Shown: piece after piece, positions 9,951 to 20,020 of the stretch
Layout of the letters: each line of letters opens with the position of its first letter
Position numbering within the stretch: position 1 is the stretch's first letter
Source of the DNA: Saprospiraceae bacterium
Lineage (GTDB): Bacteria; Bacteroidota; Bacteroidia; Chitinophagales; Saprospiraceae
Length of the DNA stretch: 64,000 nt
Direction of reading: 5' to 3'
NCBI GenBank assembly: GCA_036479655.1
Contig: JAZGFO010000056.1
Location: 20,451-84,450 of the forward strand
The notes under the pieces: generated by a model
Databases searched by the model: none
What the model was told of the DNA's origin: nothing
The model's input: only the letters and a program-made list of their open reading frames with translations
Translations under genes and position numbers: made by a program

Positions 9951-12938
9951 CTATCTTACTACTGTAATAGAACCTGAAAGTACTTTTTCTTCGCCATTAC
10001 CAAGCGTATAATTGACCATAAACACATATACCCCAGGTATTACAGGACTACCATTGAAAGTACCATCCCAACCATTTGTCATTTCATTAAATAATAATCC
10101 AGATTGCATAAAGACTAATTCTCCTGCCCGATCATAAATCTGTAAAGCATACATAGTTTCTGGATTACCACTGTTAAAAAGCATAAATAAATCATTTTGT
10201 CCATCTCCATTGGGACTAAATACGTTTGGATAATGTATTTCTACTTCATAATCTATCATTACTGTTATCGTAGCAGAGGCAATACATCCATTCAAGTCTT
10301 CTAATTCTACCAATAATATTTGATCCGTATCAATATATATTTCTAAAGATTTACCTTCCCCTAAAAACTGACCAGTTTCATCATACCAATTGATATTTAA
10401 TACTTGATCATCCGCAACATTATAATCTACTTCAAATTCATGTTTTGTTTTGTAAGATGCTTTTACAGACGGGTTCGTAATTATTTCTATTCCCAACTTA
10501 TCTTCTACGTAAAACTGTTTATTAACGATACATCCATACGCATCTATGATATGTATTTTTTGATCTCCCGTCTTTAACAAAATAGAATCTTTATGTTCAT
10601 AATTGACCCCATCATATAATAAGGTATATGGTCCTGTACCTCCAGAATAATCTATCGATTCTATTTTTGCATCCAGCTCACCATTACACGAGGGTTTTGA
10701 TGTGATGATTTCAAAGTCTAAAAATGGAATTGGGTCATCAATTATGTTTATAGTATCATAACCAATGCAATTAGTAATATTATCATAAGTTGTCAATATA
10801 TATGTTCCTGTAGAAGATACAATAATATTATTGCCATCGAGTTCGAAAATTCCATCTGTACTTGACCAAGAATAGTCAAGAGTTGGATTGTCAATGTTTT
10901 GAGATATATCAATGGGCATCAATGCACTATTACATGTCCAAATATCATCCAAATTTAAATTTAACGATGGATTATAAACAAAATCAGAAACCGTAAATTG
11001 TTTTTCACTCGTACATCCATTTTGAGCCGTAATTGTTAATTGATAAGTACCAATAGATTCAAGATATAGAATTTCTGAAGCAGAAACACTACCATCTGGA
11101 GATACCCATTCTATATTTGATAAGTCAGCGTTTGTTATAAAATCTGCACTTTTAATTTCTTCATAACAATCAAAGTTGGTATAGTTTATTTCTAATGTAG
11201 GTATTTCAAAATCTCCATTTACTATCACTTCTTTTGCAAATAAACAACCATTGGCACCTACTCCAGAAATATTATACACACCACTATCACTAACAACCGG
11301 AGAAAGGTCTGTGGACATATATCCGTTAGGACCTGTCCAATTTACGGATGCAATTGCTGCTGTAGTCGATGCTAATATAGTAGCACTTGTATTATTACAA
11401 TCAAGAGTTGGTGGCATAATATCTATTATTGGTATATCGTCATCTTGAACTATAATATGCTCCAAAGTTACTACACACAACTCTCTGTCTTCTGGCACTA
11501 AGTGCAATGTATATACTCCTCCAGTACTCGCAGTATAAGATTGATTATATGATACTGTATCACCAGTTTCAGAAATCCAATAGGCAGCTATATTCTCAGA
11601 ATAGTTAGTTGCCCACTCCGCATCAATAATAGCTTCGGAATTGTTACAATCAATCAATGAATCTTTTTGAATCAATGTTGGGATTAGCTCCAAATCAATA
11701 AGCTCAAATAAGTAGGATTTGTTACAGATAATTTCATCAGGGACACTAAAAACATTCTCTGTACAGTAGTCAACTCCATTAAATTCAAAACATACACCAT
11801 CACAAATATAAAAATCCCCTATATCTTCAAATTCTATGGGTTTTGATATAATATTTTGTATTTCTACTTCGCAATTCGCTCTATCATAGCAGGTAATTTC
11901 TGCATCACTACAATATGTCACATCACAAAATTCGTGACAGTCCCCTGGACATAATATAACATCGGGTAATATGATCAAATTAGTAGGAGATACTGTAACT
12001 ATAAATGCATCGTCAAGCGCACAAGTACAACTAAGTCCACAAGTAGAAAATTTGGGATTATAGGTAATAATAGGTCTTATGGTATATGTTCCCGGTTCGT
12101 GCCAGGTTACAGTTAACTTTGGTCGTTCGCTAAGACTATCTATCACTTGAGGGTTATCGGAGCTTATCGTAAACTCTGTACCTGAATTTGGCAATATTTC
12201 CCATTCTATACAAGCAATAGGCTCAATGTCAATATTGCTATATTGATGACAAGAATTTTGGGAAGCAATGGTAATTTGCTCTAACAATGTACTTAATACA
12301 TAAGTTTCTGTAATACCTACACATGCCAATGAGTCGCCATAAGTATTTGTTACCTTACAGTTATTGTCACAATTGTCATTGACAATAGGAGCTTCTGTAC
12401 ATACACCATTAATAACATTAATAGTATAATCGCAGATAGCACCGCCATAACCATCAATATAAAGATAATATATTTCACCTGGTATTACTAAAGCAGGATC
12501 TGCAATGAGATCTAAATTTATCTGTGAATATACTGTCTTACAAGCAACTTTTTCCCCACTAAAATCACACGAGCTATAAATACCAGCTTGAAGCCCAACT
12601 CCTGCATTGCCACTATGGCACCCACTAAATGATAATTCTAATTCAAGATTAGAATTATCTGCAACAAACGAAAACCACACAATATTGTCTATTTCTCCTT
12701 GATTTGGACATCCCGGTAAAGGTTGGATACCAGCAGTATTATCTTCTACTAATGTACTACTGTATCCATCTAATTCGCTACCACAAAGAAAAAGAGCTTG
12801 ATCACATATTAGACTCAAACTATCTAAGGGTAGAAATGGACATTGTGCAACTACCAAGGATAATTGACCACTAATTATGAAGATTAAAATTGTAAATATT
12901 TTTCTCACTCGGATGTTAGAATTACTAAGAAAATGCAA
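9951..12938 (-). CDS. T9SS type-B (gliding-motility C-terminal domain) secreted protein, 995 aa
   Basis: Signal peptide ...SGQLSLVVAQ. C-terminal YPNVFSPNGDGQNDLF ... YDRAGELVF ... GVYVFMV sorting domain. Cys-rich Ig-like repeats. The N-terminal ~150-aa domain is shared with 28537..31863 and the giant ORF. Confidence 0.9.
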   Translation of the reverse strand: MHFLSNSNIRVRKIFTILIFIISGQLSLVVAQCPFLPLDSLSLICDQALFLCGSELDGYSSTLVEDNTAGIQPLPGCPNQGEIDNIVWFSFVADNSNLELELSFSGCHSGNAGVGLQAGIYSSCDFSGEKVACKTVYSQINLDLIADPALVIPGEIYYLYIDGYGGAICDYTINVINGVCTEAPIVNDNCDNNCKVTNTYGDSLACVGITETYVLSTLLEQITIASQNSCHQYSNIDIEPIACIEWEILPNSGTEFTISSDNPQVIDSLSERPKLTVTWHEPGTYTIRPIITYNPKFSTCGLSCTCALDDAFIVTVSPTNLIILPDVILCPGDCHEFCDVTYCSDAEITCYDRANCEVEIQNIISKPIEFEDIGDFYICDGVCFEFNGVDYCTENVFSVPDEIICNKSYLFELIDLELIPTLIQKDSLIDCNNSEAIIDAEWATNYSENIAAYWISETGDTVSYNQSYTASTGGVYTLHLVPEDRELCVVTLEHIIVQDDDIPIIDIMPPTLDCNNTSATILASTTAAIASVNWTGPNGYMSTDLSPVVSDSGVYNISGVGANGCLFAKEVIVNGDFEIPTLEINYTNFDCYEEIKSADFITNADLSNIEWVSPDGSVSASEILYLESIGTYQLTITAQNGCTSEKQFTVSDFVYNPSLNLNLDDIWTCNSALMPIDISQNIDNPTLDYSWSSTDGIFELDGNNIIVSSTGTYILTTYDNITNCIGYDTINIIDDPIPFLDFEIITSKPSCNGELDAKIESIDYSGGTGPYTLLYDGVNYEHKDSILLKTGDQKIHIIDAYGCIVNKQFYVEDKLGIEIITNPSVKASYKTKHEFEVDYNVADDQVLNINWYDETGQFLGEGKSLEIYIDTDQILLVELEDLNGCIASATITVMIDYEVEIHYPNVFSPNGDGQNDLFMLFNSGNPETMYALQIYDRAGELVFMQSGLLFNEMTNGWDGTFNGSPVIPGVYVFMVNYTLGNGEEKVLSGSITVVR

Positions 12939-13149
12939 ATTTACTAATTAAGATTTATTATAAACATATAAAGGATGTTAATAATTTAATTATTGCTGCA
13001 TTAAGAAGAATTATTCTATTTACTAAATATTATTGTTATAGATTAATTTATGCATTTAGTCGATTTTTTAGATTAAAACAATATACGAATAACAATTTTT
13101 AGAAAGTATTTATATCTTACAGTATCCTAAATTATTAAATATATAAATT

Positions 13150-14907
13150 ATGGTTAGATCCTATAGGTTAAAACGACCTGTTGTTCTGTTTTTTGCACTT
13201 CTGTTTATGACAAATATTGCATTTAGTCAAAATAGTGATGATGCTCGAGATGTTACGACTACTTATTTTATTAAAAATGCTTTTGTGGTTCAGAAACCTG
13301 GAAAAATACTTCCAAACACTTCAATATTAATTAAAAATGGACTCATTATTGATGTTGGAGCTCATATAAAACCACCTTATGATGCGAAGATTATAAATGC
13401 AGATTCAATGTATGTCTATGCGGGATTTATTGATGCTTGTTCACATACAGGAATAAAGAAGAAAGAGGATAAAGAAAGAAAAAATGTATCAAATCCTGGT
13501 AATCCACCGAAAAACTTGGCAGGAATTACACCTCAAAACACAGTAAGAAATCAGATAGGAGACAAATTGGACAAGTCAATGAGTGAATTATTGGATTTGG
13601 GTTTTGGATATGTACATGTTGTCCCAAGAGGAAGGATGTTACCTGGACAAGGGAGTATATTATCAACAAGTAACAAATTACCTGAAAGTACAATTATCGT
13701 AGAGAACATAAGTCAATTTTCTCAGTTTAAACCAGCAAAAGGAATGTTTCCAGGGACTACAATTGGAGTTATGTCACAATTTCGAGATTTATTCAAAAAT
13801 GCAGAATTATCAAAAAAATATAGTAACTCATATAGCGCTAATGCAAAAGGAATGGCAAGGCCTAATCAATCAGAAGAATTAACGGCGTTATATTCGGTGG
13901 TGGATAAATCTATGCCTGTGTTTTATTATACGCCAAAAATCAAAGATGTAAATCGAGCATTGATACTTCAAGAAGAGCTAGGTTTTAAATTAGTGCTTAC
14001 TGGAGTACGTCAAGGTTGGCCATTATTAAAAGATATAAAGTCCAAAAATATCTCAGTAGTTTTATCTCTTAAGTTGCCTAAAGATTTAGCAGAGGGAAAG
14101 AAAGAAGATAAAAAAGATGATGATACTAAAGATACAGACAAAAATACAGACATAGATAAGGACAAAACTAAAGAGAAAGAAAAGAAAGCTAAGAAGAAGC
14201 CAAAGAAGAAAAAGGAATCTGCAGAAACGATAGCATTAAAAGAAAAAAGAAAAAAATCCTACGATCAGTATGTAGGTCAAGCTAGAATTTTCGAAAAAAA
14301 TAAATTAAAGTTTGCGTTTTCTACATTGGATACAAAAACCAAAGATATAAAACCAAATATATTAAGAATGATAGAGGGTGGATTGTCTGAAAATGGAGCA
14401 TTAGCTGCACTTACTACCAATGCAGCAACTTTATTAGGTATATCTGATGTAGCAGGCACGCTCGAAAAAGGAAAAATCGCAAATCTATTTATTACCGACA
14501 AGCCCTATTTTGAAGAAAAATCTAAGATAAAATACATTTTCAATGATAGTAAATTGAAAAAATCGAAAGAAAAGAAAAAGAAAAAAGTTGATGGTGATGT
14601 ACCACTTTCTGGAGAATGGTCTTATGAAGTCGAAGTCCCTGGACAAACACAGACTGGAATAATATTAATAGATGGTGAAGGAGATAATATGACAGTAGAG
14701 ATAGATAACTCTTCACAACCAGGGGACTATAATTCTGCAACAAGTGTTTCGATAGAAGATGGTACAATGGATTTAGAGTTTAGTTTTGATGGAATGTCAC
14801 TGTCCCTTACTTTAGAATTTGAGGGTGCGGATTTTGAAGGTACTGTAAATGTTCAAGGAATGGGAACATTTCCTATAACAGGAACTAAAAAAGATGTTCC
14901 AGAATAA
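13150..14907 (+). CDS. Secreted amidohydrolase-family paralog with degenerate metal site and K/D/E-rich insert
   Basis: Signal peptide. GFIDACSHTG replaces the HxH motif. C-terminal ...LEKGKIANLFITD resembles the amidohydrolase end. Has a low-complexity insert and an extra ~100-aa C-terminal beta domain. Confidence 0.7.
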   Translation: MVRSYRLKRPVVLFFALLFMTNIAFSQNSDDARDVTTTYFIKNAFVVQKPGKILPNTSILIKNGLIIDVGAHIKPPYDAKIINADSMYVYAGFIDACSHTGIKKKEDKERKNVSNPGNPPKNLAGITPQNTVRNQIGDKLDKSMSELLDLGFGYVHVVPRGRMLPGQGSILSTSNKLPESTIIVENISQFSQFKPAKGMFPGTTIGVMSQFRDLFKNAELSKKYSNSYSANAKGMARPNQSEELTALYSVVDKSMPVFYYTPKIKDVNRALILQEELGFKLVLTGVRQGWPLLKDIKSKNISVVLSLKLPKDLAEGKKEDKKDDDTKDTDKNTDIDKDKTKEKEKKAKKKPKKKKESAETIALKEKRKKSYDQYVGQARIFEKNKLKFAFSTLDTKTKDIKPNILRMIEGGLSENGALAALTTNAATLLGISDVAGTLEKGKIANLFITDKPYFEEKSKIKYIFNDSKLKKSKEKKKKKVDGDVPLSGEWSYEVEVPGQTQTGIILIDGEGDNMTVEIDNSSQPGDYNSATSVSIEDGTMDLEFSFDGMSLSLTLEFEGADFEGTVNVQGMGTFPITGTKKDVPE

Positions 14908-14939
14908 TTATATTTTATAATAAAGAAAATAATAAACTT

Positions 14940-16313
14940 ATGAATAATTCAAAAGTTGTGAAGTATATCGTGTTTTTAGGTATTGTACTTTTGTCCACTA
15001 TTGGTAAAGCACAAGAAAAAGGAGACATATTAATTAAGAATGGTACTGTGATTACAATTACTGATGGGGTGAAAGAAAATACAGATGTTTTAATATCTAA
15101 TGGTAAAATCAAATCAATAGGTAAAAACCTTAGCGCAGGATCCTCTGTCCGTATTGTAGATGCAAAAGGTAAATACGTAATGCCAGGTATAGTAGATGCG
15201 CACTCGCACATTGCACTAGAAACAGTAAATGAAGCTACTAATCCTGTAACTGCAGAGGTTTTTGTCGGTGACGGTATTGATCCTCAAGATGTAGGCATAT
15301 ATAGAGCATTGGCTGGTGGAGTAACCGTATCACATGCCATGCATGGCTCAGCAAATGCCATCGGTGGAGAATGTGAAACAATAAAGCATAGATATGGAGC
15401 ATGGGATCCGGACGAATTGAGGATGCAAGGTGCTCCAAGAACTATAAAATTTGCATTGGGCGAAAACCCAATGAGGGTACATGGTGAAGGTAATAACTTA
15501 ACACCTAGCACAAGAATGGGTATGGAACAAATATTTAGATCTGCATTTTCATCAGCACAATTATATCAGCGAGAATGGAAAAATTATAAAAGCGGGAAAA
15601 CCAAAAAACCACCTGTTTACAGTAGAAGAATGGAAACTTTGTCAGAAATATTAAATGGCAATGTAATTATTCATTGTCATTCTTATAGAGCAGACGAAAT
15701 TGTAATGTTGATGAATGTACTATCTGATTATAATGTGAATAAAATATGTTTTCAGCATGTCAATGAAGGATTTAAAGTAGCGCCAGAATTGGCTAAGTTT
15801 GGTGCTGGTGCTTCCGTATTTTCTGATTGGTGGGCATACAAATTTGAAGTGTATTATAGTACAGCTTATAATGCTTCAATATTGACTAAAAATGGTGTAG
15901 TAACATCAATTAATTCTGATAGTGGTGAGTTGATTAGACATCTATATCATGAGGCAGCAAAGACACAACGCTATGGTAATCTGGCAGACAATGAAGCATT
16001 AAAATTAATAACAATCAATCCTGCTAAACAATTAGGAATTGATAAAAGAGTAGGTTCATTAGAAGTTGGAAAAGATGGAGATATTGCAATATTTAGCGCT
16101 CACCCATTATCAATATATACTATCCCTCAGATGACTATTATTGATGGTGTAGTTAGATTTGACATTGATAATGATTTATCTGATATGAGATTGGACGTAG
16201 ATCCGGAAGAAACAATATCTGCTCAATATATAGAACAATCTACTCATGATGAAGAGCGATGTATGCAAGATGCATTTGAATATATATTCCTTGGAGAATC
16301 TTCCCATCACTAA
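14940..16313 (+). CDS. Secreted amidohydrolase (canonical metal-binding motifs)
   Basis: Signal peptide. PGIVDAHSHIALE (HxH) and GSLEVGKDGDIAIF C-terminal Asp motif. Confidence 0.85.
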   Translation: MNNSKVVKYIVFLGIVLLSTIGKAQEKGDILIKNGTVITITDGVKENTDVLISNGKIKSIGKNLSAGSSVRIVDAKGKYVMPGIVDAHSHIALETVNEATNPVTAEVFVGDGIDPQDVGIYRALAGGVTVSHAMHGSANAIGGECETIKHRYGAWDPDELRMQGAPRTIKFALGENPMRVHGEGNNLTPSTRMGMEQIFRSAFSSAQLYQREWKNYKSGKTKKPPVYSRRMETLSEILNGNVIIHCHSYRADEIVMLMNVLSDYNVNKICFQHVNEGFKVAPELAKFGAGASVFSDWWAYKFEVYYSTAYNASILTKNGVVTSINSDSGELIRHLYHEAAKTQRYGNLADNEALKLITINPAKQLGIDKRVGSLEVGKDGDIAIFSAHPLSIYTIPQMTIIDGVVRFDIDNDLSDMRLDVDPEETISAQYIEQSTHDEERCMQDAFEYIFLGESSHH

Positions 16314-16352
16314 TTCTAAGCTAATAAAACTGATATTCTAAAATTAGAAACT

Positions 16353-17639
16353 ATGAAACATATAAATATACTTTTTGTCTTTTTGTTAATCAGTTGTACT
16401 GCAAATGCCCAAATAGTTAAAAAAGCAGTAAAAGGTACTTTTTTATTAAAAAATGCAACCTTACACACCATTACGAATGGTACTATACAAGGTGATCTCT
16501 TAATACAAGATGGATTGATAGCTGATATTGGCTCAGTATCCGATAGAAGTGCCACAACTATCGAATGTAAGGGAAAACACGTATATCCAGGATTTATTGA
16601 TGGTGGTACTAATCTTGGATTAAGCGAAGTAGGATCAATATCATTAACTAGAGATTATAGAGAGCTAGGTGATTTTACACCACATATGCAAGCACTCACA
16701 GCAGTAAATCCAAATTCAGTATCAATACCAGTTACAAGGACAAATGGTGTGACTACTGTGATATCAAAAACTGCTGGAGGTTTATTTCCTGGTACGGCTG
16801 CACTTATCAATTTGTATGGATACACTCCACACAAGATGTATGCTGGATTTAAAGGAGTTCAATTGAATTTTCCTTCAAGCGGTAAAAGAGGAAGATGGGA
16901 TCGAAGGTCAGAAGAAGACATCAAAAAAGATGAAGACAAAGCTTTCAAAAAGGTCAATGAAATCTGGATAAAAGCAGTAGAATATTCGAGGATAGATTCT
17001 GCAGCTAATGCCCAAGGCAAAAAACGATTAGATTACAATCCTCAAATGGATGCTTTGCTCAATGTAGTCCGAGGAAAACAAGCAATTATGATCGAGGTTA
17101 ATAAAGAAAAAGATATCCTCAATGCAATAAAATGGGTAGAAGAACGGAATGTTAAAGCAATATTTACAGGCGTAGCTGAGGGATATAGAGTATTAAATAA
17201 ATTAGCAAAATCTGGAATTCCTGTTATTACTGGTCCTATATTATCTATACCAAGAAGACAATCAGCAAGATATGATGTAGCTTATAAAAATGCTGGATTA
17301 ATGCAACAGGCTGGAATCAAAGTAGCTATAAGGACAAATGAAATTGAGAACGTTCGTAACCTACCATTTAACGCAGGTTTTGCAGCGACTTATGGAATGG
17401 GAATAGAAGAAGCATTGAGAGCAATAACAATTGTGCCCGCCGAAATATTTGGCATAGCTGATCAGTTAGGTAGTTTGGAAAAAGGGAAAATAGCTAATTT
17501 ATTTATTTCTGATGGCGATCCATTTGAAACTAAAACTCAAGTAGAACATCTGTTTATCAATGGGTTTAGTGTACCGATTGAAAGTAGACATACTTTACTC
17601 TATGATGAATTTTTGGATAGAGATAGTGGCGAGAAATAA
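16353..17639 (+). CDS. Secreted amidohydrolase-family paralog lacking the HxH motif
   Basis: Signal peptide. PGFIDGGTNLGLSE at the HxH position. GSLEKGKIANLFISDGDPFE closely resembles the first paralog. Confidence 0.7.
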   Translation: MKHINILFVFLLISCTANAQIVKKAVKGTFLLKNATLHTITNGTIQGDLLIQDGLIADIGSVSDRSATTIECKGKHVYPGFIDGGTNLGLSEVGSISLTRDYRELGDFTPHMQALTAVNPNSVSIPVTRTNGVTTVISKTAGGLFPGTAALINLYGYTPHKMYAGFKGVQLNFPSSGKRGRWDRRSEEDIKKDEDKAFKKVNEIWIKAVEYSRIDSAANAQGKKRLDYNPQMDALLNVVRGKQAIMIEVNKEKDILNAIKWVEERNVKAIFTGVAEGYRVLNKLAKSGIPVITGPILSIPRRQSARYDVAYKNAGLMQQAGIKVAIRTNEIENVRNLPFNAGFAATYGMGIEEALRAITIVPAEIFGIADQLGSLEKGKIANLFISDGDPFETKTQVEHLFINGFSVPIESRHTLLYDEFLDRDSGEK

Positions 17640-17646
17640 TTTCTTT

Positions 17647-18150
17647 CTAATTTAATTGATTTCTATCCCAATCATACTTATCCTTAGCTGATTGGGCTAA
17701 TGCTAATAATTCTGTATGATATGCAAGACCAGATTTTTTGGCTAAGACCCTCCCTTTTGTGTCCAAAAATAACAATGTTGGATATGAACTAACTTCAAAA
17801 ATAGCTGTCAAATCAGGCCCATTTAGTTTTTCACCATTTACTTTATAACTGATAAAATCCTTGTTTATCACATTCGCAGTTTCTTGGTGAGAAAATACAT
17901 CTTTATCCATCATTTTACAAGGTAAACACCATGATGTATATATATCAACAAAGATTAATTTATCTTCATCAATAGCTCTGTCTAATATTGGTATAAGAGT
18001 AGGTGATTCCAAAAAATCAAAAGCAAATGTATTTACTTTTGTAATTCTATCATTTGTTCTTGTTACTTGCTTTTTGGACTTACAGCCCACAGATAACATC
18101 ACTGCTAAAACAAAGAATATCTGCGCAAAGTATAAATTTGTAGTTTTCAT
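17647..18150 (-). CDS. Thioredoxin-family lipoprotein
   Basis: Lipobox MLSVGC. YTSWCLPCKMM and SYPTLLF thioredoxin motifs. Confidence 0.8.
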   Translation of the reverse strand: MKTTNLYFAQIFFVLAVMLSVGCKSKKQVTRTNDRITKVNTFAFDFLESPTLIPILDRAIDEDKLIFVDIYTSWCLPCKMMDKDVFSHQETANVINKDFISYKVNGEKLNGPDLTAIFEVSSYPTLLFLDTKGRVLAKKSGLAYHTELLALAQSAKDKYDWDRNQLN

Positions 18151-18249
18151 CTGGTAATATTTATTTTAAATACACATTAAGTATTATTGTAATATGTATC
18201 AAAAACTAATCCAAAATTGAAAAATTACTAATATTAAGCAAGATTTCAA

Positions 18250-19164
18250 TTATAAGTCAAAATGTGTGAGCGATTTAAACGTTTGCATTCTTGCATTTAT
18301 TTCTTCATTAGATAGGTTTCTTAGTTTTTCGATACTAAATTCTTCTACACAAAAAGAAGCCATACAAGAACCATAAATGATAGCACGCTTCATATTATCA
18401 AATGATAAATCATTAGTATGAGCTAAATAACCAATAAAACCACCTGCAAAAGTATCTCCAGCACCAGTAGGATCAAAAACTTGTGCCAAAGGTAAGGCAG
18501 GAGCTGCAAACATATTTCCATCATGAAAAAGTAAAGCTCCGTGCTCTCCTTTTTTAATAATTACATATTTAGGCCCCATTTTATGAATTTTGGCAGCAGC
18601 ATTTACCAATGAGTATTCGCCAGATAATTGTCTTGCCTCTTCGTCATTAATAGTTATTAGATCAACCTTTGCTATCGCTTCCAACAAACTATCTAAAGCA
18701 ATATCCATCCAAAAGTCCATTGTATCTAAGGCAATTAATTTTTGAGAACCATCTAACTGATTTAATACTTGAAGTTGAATTTCTGGAGTCAAGTTACCAA
18801 GAAGGATATACTTACTATCTTTATATTTTTCAGGAAGTGTAGGATTAAAATCATCTAACACATTGAGATCTGTTGCTAATGTGTCTCTTTGATTCATATT
18901 CTCATGATACTTTCCTGCCCAAAAGAATGTTTTTCCATCTTGTTTTACTTGTAACCCTGCCATATCAACGCCTCTGTTTTCTAAAGCAGTAATTTCTTTC
19001 TGCGGAAAATCAGCACCTACAATCGAACATAATCTTATGTTGTCAGTAAAATACGATGCTGCATAACTCGCGTAAGTGCATGCTCCTCCAATAGCCATTT
19101 CTGCTTTTCCAAATGGTGTCTCAATATTATCAAATGCTACAGTTCCAATAGTTAGTAAACTCAT
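18250..19164 (-). CDS. PfkB-family carbohydrate kinase
   Basis: C-terminal DPTGAGDTFAGGF motif and ribokinase-like length (304 aa). Confidence 0.85.
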   Translation of the reverse strand: MSLLTIGTVAFDNIETPFGKAEMAIGGACTYASYAASYFTDNIRLCSIVGADFPQKEITALENRGVDMAGLQVKQDGKTFFWAGKYHENMNQRDTLATDLNVLDDFNPTLPEKYKDSKYILLGNLTPEIQLQVLNQLDGSQKLIALDTMDFWMDIALDSLLEAIAKVDLITINDEEARQLSGEYSLVNAAAKIHKMGPKYVIIKKGEHGALLFHDGNMFAAPALPLAQVFDPTGAGDTFAGGFIGYLAHTNDLSFDNMKRAIIYGSCMASFCVEEFSIEKLRNLSNEEINARMQTFKSLTHFDL

Positions 19165-19439
19165 ATTAAATATTTTTATATGTTTCTAATGTTTTGCAAA
19201 AGTAGTATTTATTTTTGACTTTATAGAAAACTCAAAATACGTCATATTTAATATTGCATAATGGTTAGTGTAGCTATAGCAAGATGACATCCCAACTGAG
19301 TTGAAATTTAAATAGAAACTACTCATAAAATATCAAACTATTAGTTGTATTAATAATATACTATTGTATTTTGGTATTATATTGGTAAAAATCAATTAAC
19401 GAACTTAGGAGAATATAAAAACAAAACTAATATCATTAA

Positions 19440-19901
19440 ATGAAAAATAAAATAAGTTATTCAAAAGTGCTTCTCGTTAATGCAAAACCAACATTAGTAT
19501 TCAAAGCCATAACTGTAGAAATTGACAAATGGTGGACTGTATATTCAAATAAAACTAAAAAAACAGGAGATAAACTATCCGTCAAATTTGGGGAGAATAC
19601 TTTCAAAACAATGAAACTAACAAAAGTGATATTAAATCAAGTTATTCATTGGAAAGTAGAACAAGCCAATATTGACATTAAGGGTTTGTCTCGAAAAAAT
19701 GAATGGGTTGGCACTACTATAAAGTGGGAAATAGAAAAAAATAAAAATGGTAGTAAAATTAATTTTACGCACCAAGGATTAATTCCTGAATTTGAATGTT
19801 ATAATGCATGTGAAGGTGGTTGGGATTACTTTTTAAATAGTTTAGCAGATTTTTTAAACAAAGGAAAAGGAACACCACACTTTATTAAAAATAACAATTA
19901 A
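19440..19901 (+). CDS. SRPBCC / AHSA1-like small protein
   Basis: 153 aa. The pattern ...AKPTLVFKAITVEIDKWW... with a C-terminal GWDYFLNSL is typical of Aha1/START-like SRPBCC proteins. Confidence 0.55.
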   Translation: MKNKISYSKVLLVNAKPTLVFKAITVEIDKWWTVYSNKTKKTGDKLSVKFGENTFKTMKLTKVILNQVIHWKVEQANIDIKGLSRKNEWVGTTIKWEIEKNKNGSKINFTHQGLIPEFECYNACEGGWDYFLNSLADFLNKGKGTPHFIKNNN

Positions 19902-20020
19902 ATTACATATTATAAAAATACCGAAAAAATTGGTTTCAAACATTCATTTAATTAGTTTGGCACATCAAAGTTGATTTATATCAATTTTTAAAAACACAGC
20001 AACTATAAAACTAATAAGAA

